A stretch of 64,000 bases of DNA from Candidatus Acidiferrum sp. GTDB lineage: Bacteria > Acidobacteriota > Terriglobia > Acidiferrales > UBA7541. Positions 59,890 to 64,000 of this stretch are shown here, one piece after another. The position numbers and the translations under genes are program-made. The notes under the pieces are model-generated. The model was not told the origin of the DNA and did no database searches. It worked only from the letters and a program-made list of their open reading frames with translations. The stretch is taken from NCBI GenBank assembly GCA_035279745.1, contig DATEHE010000008.1:8358-72357 (forward strand), read 5' to 3'. The number at the start of each line of letters is the position of its first letter. Within the stretch, counting starts at the first letter, position 1.

Positions 59890-60705
59890 TTAAGTCAATT
59901 TCTTGAATTCATCGAGTGTGATGATCCGGTTTTTTTGCGGCGACTTCACAATCTCCCCAAATCCTTCATTTGAGACTATTACGGCTTGAGGGTCTGCCAA
60001 GTAAAAGAATGTCTGAAAATCGACATACAACCCACGATCGTTCTTTGCCAGGTTAGCACCTTGCCGAAGTTTGATCACAGACGCTCTAAGGTATTCGAGA
60101 GCAGCGGAAAACTCATGCTCAATACGATCAGGATCCGGAAACAACCCGCCGAACCGATAAAGCTTGGACATTCCGCCGCTCAGGGACCGTAGGCTGGCTG
60201 AATCGGCAAGCTTCTCTAAGGCGCCCAATTCCTTGTCGAGGACACCCTCATGAATCGAGTGCCAGTCAAGGACCCTTTTCCACGGACTACTAGGCGCCTT
60301 TGTTCTCTGGATGAAATCCTGGAACGAAGTCGCAACATTCATCATTTGCAAAAGGCTTTTGTAAGTGGCAGGAGTTACACCCGAGCTTCCCATGTTGGGG
60401 AGGTTCCATAAGATCCTATAAACGAACGGCTTGGTTAGCTCTAAGATGTCGAACTTAGTCATGCATTGGAACATCTGCTGGTCCGCTGCAAAGTATTTTG
60501 TGCCACTCTTGGCGGTGGACTTCATCAGCTCGATGATCATGAATGGTGCGACGAGGACACGGGCACCTGCTTCTCCGGACAGGTCTTTGCAAGAGATTTT
60601 TCCTTGCGTGACTGCGGTCCACACGTTCGTATCGGCAATGTAATACACGGAGCGAGTCCTCTTCTTCTTCAATTGATTCGAGAATTGACGATGCGGAGTC
60701 CGCAT
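59890..60705 (-). CDS. hypothetical protein, possibly PIN-like nuclease fold
   Basis: YYIADTNVW near the N-terminus, APFMIIEL, and YLADPQAVIVSNEGF near the C-terminus. The ATG at 60705 lies inside the SRAP-end remnant. An alternative GTG at 60648 is preceded by AGAGGA. Confidence 0.5.
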   Translation of the reverse strand: MRTPHRQFSNQLKKKRTRSVYYIADTNVWTAVTQGKISCKDLSGEAGARVLVAPFMIIELMKSTAKSGTKYFAADQQMFQCMTKFDILELTKPFVYRILWNLPNMGSSGVTPATYKSLLQMMNVATSFQDFIQRTKAPSSPWKRVLDWHSIHEGVLDKELGALEKLADSASLRSLSGGMSKLYRFGGLFPDPDRIEHEFSAALEYLRASVIKLRQGANLAKNDRGLYVDFQTFFYLADPQAVIVSNEGFGEIVKSPQKNRIITLDEFKKLT

Positions 60706-60749
60706 CGCCTGTCACGTTAGACACTCCCACCCAGGCGAAACTGTTCTAG
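60681..60749 (+). pseudogene. orphan 3'-terminal fragment of an SRAP gene (second copy of 59729-59797)
   Basis: 57 of 69 nt are identical to the real SRAP gene end, with no gaps. It reads RIDDAESASPVTLDTPTQAKLF-stop versus RIDDAESASPATLDTPAQARFL-stop. Confidence 0.65.
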
Positions 60750-60828
60750 CTGCGCTAGTCCTTTCCCGCGGGGAGCTAGTTGCCATCCCGCGTACATTCA
60801 CATGCTCAGCGAGTGGGCCACCGGAAAG

Positions 60829-61455
60829 TTACGCCTTGTAATCGAAATGATTGCTGAGGACCTTCGATCGGAAGAGAACCTGGAGGTCTCCCGTTGTCTT
60901 GCGGTCCGTCCAATACTCGCCCTCTAAGACTCGCGAAGTACCTGTGACGATTCTCAGGATCGCAGCTCCGTCGTGCATTTGGCTCCGTTCTCGGACGGCC
61001 GCTTTTGGTCTATTCGAGTAGGTGAAGCTTAGTCGCGCCGGGAACCCGTCCTCTTCACCAGTTATTTGTGCCGCGGTGCTGAAGCTCGAGGATTCCTCCG
61101 AATACAGAACACAGCTAACAGAAGTGAACGACTGCCTAATGACAAGGAGAACTGGGAACGGTGGCCGACGCTGGCCGTTTTCGGGATCTACCCACGTGCT
61201 CTGCGCGGCCCCGGCCCACGATCCTTGCAGATCTGGAAGGGGAACGAGCCAGCCCTGAAAGAAGGAGAGACGCCACGCCCAGGCCGTGAATGAGAGATGG
61301 AGTGCGGAATAGATCGTGAACACTTCAGGAAACCTCTTCAAAGCTTCCCAATTAATCCGGAACTCGACGCCTGATATCAGAAGGACAACAACCCAGATAA
61401 TGGCGAAGGCACCGAGTTGGAGGAAAATGGCGGCTTCTCGTCGGATATTTTTCAT
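60829..61455 (-). CDS. CBASS effector, Cap15 / S-2TMbeta-like (two TM helices plus beta-rich domain)
   Basis: Two N-terminal hydrophobic helices (AAIFLQLGAFAIIWVVVLLISGV, FTIYSALHLSFTAWAWRLSFF), then a beta-rich soluble domain of about 130 aa. It starts 15 nt downstream of the CD-NTase gene. Confidence 0.65.
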   Translation of the reverse strand: MKNIRREAAIFLQLGAFAIIWVVVLLISGVEFRINWEALKRFPEVFTIYSALHLSFTAWAWRLSFFQGWLVPLPDLQGSWAGAAQSTWVDPENGQRRPPFPVLLVIRQSFTSVSCVLYSEESSSFSTAAQITGEEDGFPARLSFTYSNRPKAAVRERSQMHDGAAILRIVTGTSRVLEGEYWTDRKTTGDLQVLFRSKVLSNHFDYKA

Positions 61456-61470
61456 AATTTGTCTCGGGTT

Positions 61471-62373
61471 CTACTCGAAGCCGAGGTAGTCCCAAGCGGC
61501 GGAGACGAAGGCGTGGGCTTGTGCTAACGTCCAGGGCTGGCCACCCCGGAGTAGATATTTGAGTTCGTTAATTTCATCCCACTCAAAGCAATCTTCGCTT
61601 TTCATGGTGTTGTTGAATAAGTACGCCAATGCCCAGCGAACGTCAGCAGTGTACGAGTCATGGCCGAAGCCGATATTCGGGACATTCCACACTAAGCATT
61701 CGATTAGAAACGAGGGGATCGGCTTTGCGGCTGCAACGTTATTCTCGTCCATTGCGTTTCTGAGGCGTTTGAGGATGCGGACAACGGCCTTGAAGCGCCG
61801 GCTGGTTGCATCGTTCTTTGCGACACCGTTTTCATAGTTCTGGTCAGGCCAGTTAATGATTCGGGTGTTCTTATCGGTGAGAAATGCCGTTCCGGTCGGT
61901 CGCAGCCCGTTTTCCTGATAACGCCGATACTCAAAGCACGGCACAACGTCGGCGTCAACTCGATATGTGTTCTCATGGATATCGAACGCCTTGTTCCCTC
62001 GTGTAACAAAATTCCGACCGAAATATGATACGAGCGCATCCTCCACATCCCTTTTGAATCGGGTGAAGGGATATGTTGCTGGAGTACTAATGCCAAAATC
62101 TGCGGGGGTTTTTCCGTTGGGCAGGTCGAAGAAGATGCTGTCGCGACAGACTACGCGGACATCGACGTCGCTATCCGTCCGTACGTTGGTGCGGTTGTGA
62201 TAGGAGCCTTGAGGGGAGACTGTAATGGTTCGTCCCGCTAGGGCAGTGCTTGCGTCGATAGCCTTCCTAACTGCTTTGACAGCGTTGTCGGATTTTTCCT
62301 GTTCGGTGGTCCCCGGGGGCTTCCCCCAGGACTGAAATGTTTCTTCCCATGTAGCGCTGGCGGTAGTTGCCAT
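61471..62373 (-). CDS. CD-NTase / SMODS-family nucleotidyltransferase (CBASS cyclase)
   Basis: QGSYHNRTNVRTDSDVDV (GS...DxD), a third acidic site VDADVVPC, and the SMODS-like PSFLIECLVWNVP. The ATG at 62373 is preceded by AAGGAG. The longer track ORF would run into the tRNA. Confidence 0.8.
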   Translation of the reverse strand: MATTASATWEETFQSWGKPPGTTEQEKSDNAVKAVRKAIDASTALAGRTITVSPQGSYHNRTNVRTDSDVDVRVVCRDSIFFDLPNGKTPADFGISTPATYPFTRFKRDVEDALVSYFGRNFVTRGNKAFDIHENTYRVDADVVPCFEYRRYQENGLRPTGTAFLTDKNTRIINWPDQNYENGVAKNDATSRRFKAVVRILKRLRNAMDENNVAAAKPIPSFLIECLVWNVPNIGFGHDSYTADVRWALAYLFNNTMKSEDCFEWDEINELKYLLRGGQPWTLAQAHAFVSAAWDYLGFE

Positions 62374-62418
62374 TTGAGTGCTTCTCCTTGACAGCCTTCT
62401 GAATGCGGAACAGAGTAG

Positions 62419-62497
62419 TGGGGTGGGCGGAGGGGTTCGGACCCTCAACCAGCCGCTTACAAAGCGGCCGCTCTACCTGGAATTGAGCTACGCCCAC
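62419..62497 (-). tRNA. tRNA-Thr (anticodon UGU), CCA encoded
   Basis: A hand-folded cloverleaf gives a 7-bp acceptor GTGGGCG/CGCCCAC, D stem GCTC/GAGC with GG in the loop, and anticodon stem GCCGC/GCGGC with loop TTTGTAA. The T stem is GAGGG/CCCTC, and the T loop TCCGAAC has C at position 55. Confidence 0.8.
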
Positions 62498-62541
62498 CGC
62501 GGCGTCGGGCATCTTCGGATTGGCTTCCTTGGATGCCCGAA

Positions 62542-63105
62542 TCACTCTTCCTTTCCTTGCCCAGATCCCGTTGTGCCGTCCTTGATCGGCTTCTGGTCAA
62601 TAACCTGAGTATTCAGAACTCGCATTCGAAGCGGCATTTGCTGCTCCGGATTTCCCATCCATACGTAAGAGTCCCCTACTTTGTTTGCCCACGTCTGTTT
62701 AAGCAGGGCCGCGTGAATCTCTCTCAAGGGAGAGTTGGTGCGGAAACGAAACATCCCTTCATTCAGGCCACGAAGGAATTGTTGTGGGGTAAGTTTCTTT
62801 TTCTCCTGAAGCAGCGCTTGGCAGGCATCGGCCAATCGCAGTCCAACGAACCGAACGCTTTGAAATATTTTTTGCCAATCATTCGGCAAAGCGCTTTCTG
62901 TTTTATCTATCGTCATCGCGAAATGATCGCGGGCAAGACACAACTGTTTCTCCGCCAATTCAATCCGCGCTTCCAACGAAAGCAGTTCCCTGGTGAGGGC
63001 TTGATACTTGTGAACTTGCTCATGAAGTTCGCAATAGAGGCCACCCAAGAATGACGTGGACTCCATTGAGTAGTTCACCCTAGCGATTTTCTTCGGTTTA
63101 TCCAT
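62542..63105 (-). CDS. hypothetical protein (coiled-coil N-terminal half, possible winged-helix C-terminal half)
   Basis: 187-aa ORF in the same orientation as the tRNA and CBASS. No recognisable family. Confidence 0.45.
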   Translation of the reverse strand: MDKPKKIARVNYSMESTSFLGGLYCELHEQVHKYQALTRELLSLEARIELAEKQLCLARDHFAMTIDKTESALPNDWQKIFQSVRFVGLRLADACQALLQEKKKLTPQQFLRGLNEGMFRFRTNSPLREIHAALLKQTWANKVGDSYVWMGNPEQQMPLRMRVLNTQVIDQKPIKDGTTGSGQGKEE

Positions 63106-63349
63106 AAAGGCTCCAAGGAATCTGTGGACACAATGTATTAAATCACAGTGGTCACAGTCTGTAAAGCCTTATTGTAAGCGGGGAGGCCATTTACATGCAA
63201 GAGGCTGAATCCATTAGGCTTAGGTGGAAGGAATCCTCTGCTCCGGCAAAGGATTGCTTCCACGTATGGGGGCTCAGAGCGGAGGTGCCACGCGTTTCAG
63301 CCTGATCCCTTGACAACTCTCTCCCTGTGGAAGGAGAATTAGCGGTGGC

Positions 63350-63364
63350 GAACAACAAGCGAAT
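63350..63364 (+). promoter_or_regulatory. LexA-box-like direct repeat GAAC-N7-GAAT
   Basis: One mismatch to GAACN7GAAC, the reverse complement of the GTTCN7GTTC alphaproteobacterial-type LexA box. It lies 12 nt upstream of the ImuA-like ATG and downstream of TTGACA (63310-63315). Confidence 0.3.
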
Positions 63365-63375
63365 CTAAGAACACC

Positions 63376-63753
63376 ATGACTGCCCTCTCTCAGAAGCAAG
63401 GAAGATACGAAGCCTTCATCGGGCGTGGTCTCGAAGGATTCCAGAGGCGTTCCGTCGTCGAACTTCAGCCGAGTGGAGTCGCGGAACTCGATGCAGTGCT
63501 CGGTGGGGGCTTTCCGCGTGGGGCTTTGCTTGAACCGCATCGGGGGGTGGAATTGTGCGGCCCTGCTTCCTCTGGGCGGACGAGCCTTGCGTTCTCGTTG
63601 CTCGCTCGAGCAACAGAGCGCCAGGAGGCGTGTGCGTTCGTTGATGTTTCCGATTCTTTGGACCCACTGTCCCTGGCCGCGGCGGGAGTTGCGTTTGACA
63701 ACCTGAATCGGCCCACCTTTGATACTTTCATTTGGCCCACCCTAAGGCCGTGA
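63376..63753 (+). CDS. ImuA/SulA-like RecA-fold protein, short (possibly truncated)
   Basis: LDAVLGGGFPRGALLE...GPASSGRTSLAFSLLARA...CAFVDVSDSLDP resembles ImuA/ImuA-prime proteins of SOS mutagenesis cassettes. At 125 aa it is shorter than usual. Confidence 0.5.
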   Translation: MTALSQKQGRYEAFIGRGLEGFQRRSVVELQPSGVAELDAVLGGGFPRGALLEPHRGVELCGPASSGRTSLAFSLLARATERQEACAFVDVSDSLDPLSLAAAGVAFDNLNRPTFDTFIWPTLRP

Positions 63754-63778
63754 TTTTCCTCTGCTTCCGAGGGGCTTT

Positions 63779-63858
63779 CCGTGGCCCCGGGGGGAGCGGA
63801 GTCCTGCGGCCCGGTTTCCAGGGCCGCGTTTAGGACGGAGCGGACGCCGGGGCCACGG
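63779..63858. repeat. long GC-rich imperfect hairpin
   Basis: A perfect 12-bp outer stem CCGTGGCCCCGG/CCGGGGCCACGG encloses inner pairings (GTCC/GGAC, GCGGCCC/GGGCCGC). It is followed by the tandem AAATCCGGGG x2 at 63868-63887. Confidence 0.5.
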
Positions 63859-64000
63859 AGTCGCGTGAAATCCGGGGAAATCCGGGGGCCAGACGGGACG
63901 TTTTCTTCCTCAAGCGCCCACAACCCGCCGCAACTCTTTGCCCCGCCAGCACTTATTTTTCTCTCTTAGTTTTCTCTTGACAAGTTTACTATTTCGTGCT

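Noticed and set aside
62419-62497. tRNA read on the plus strand because of a GGTTCGGACC T-arm-like string
   Set aside because: Only the minus-strand reading gives all four stems, U33, a 7-nt anticodon loop, GG in the D loop and a 3' CCA. The plus-strand string sits at the wrong end of the molecule.

Overview
High-GC chromosomal segment that looks Acidobacteria-like, judged from an FtsX/MacB-type permease, a CarboxypepD_reg-type TonB-dependent receptor and the overall gene content. From 0 to about 56 kb it is mostly core and housekeeping genes. These include pirin, gltA, a hybrid histidine kinase with a response regulator carrying a degenerate GGDEF domain, rpmB, a SurA-like PPIase and a three-gene acyl-CoA carboxylase. 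They continue with hslVU, a minor-pilin operon, purEK, folC-accD, cobO, rlmH/rsfS/nadD/obg/rpmA/rplU, a TonB-dependent receptor, xerC/D, topA-dprA and a cusCBA-type Cu/Ag efflux operon. From about 56 kb to the right edge the sequence is visibly more AT-rich and accessory. This part holds an AraC regulator, an NTF2-like protein, an aldo/keto reductase and an SRAP (YedK-like) gene with a disrupted N-terminus. It also holds an orphan PIN-like gene bracketed by a 69-nt duplication of the SRAP 3' end, and a two-gene type I CBASS (CD-NTase plus a Cap15-like 2TM effector). A tRNA-Thr(UGU) directly abuts the CBASS, followed by an unknown coiled-coil gene and a short ImuA-like ORF with a LexA-box-like site. 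The most interesting region is 59.7-63.1 kb (SRAP-end duplication, PIN-like gene, CBASS, tRNA). No rRNA, CRISPR array, transposase or phage structural gene was recognised. All calls come from reading the ORF translations and the DNA by eye; no searches were run.
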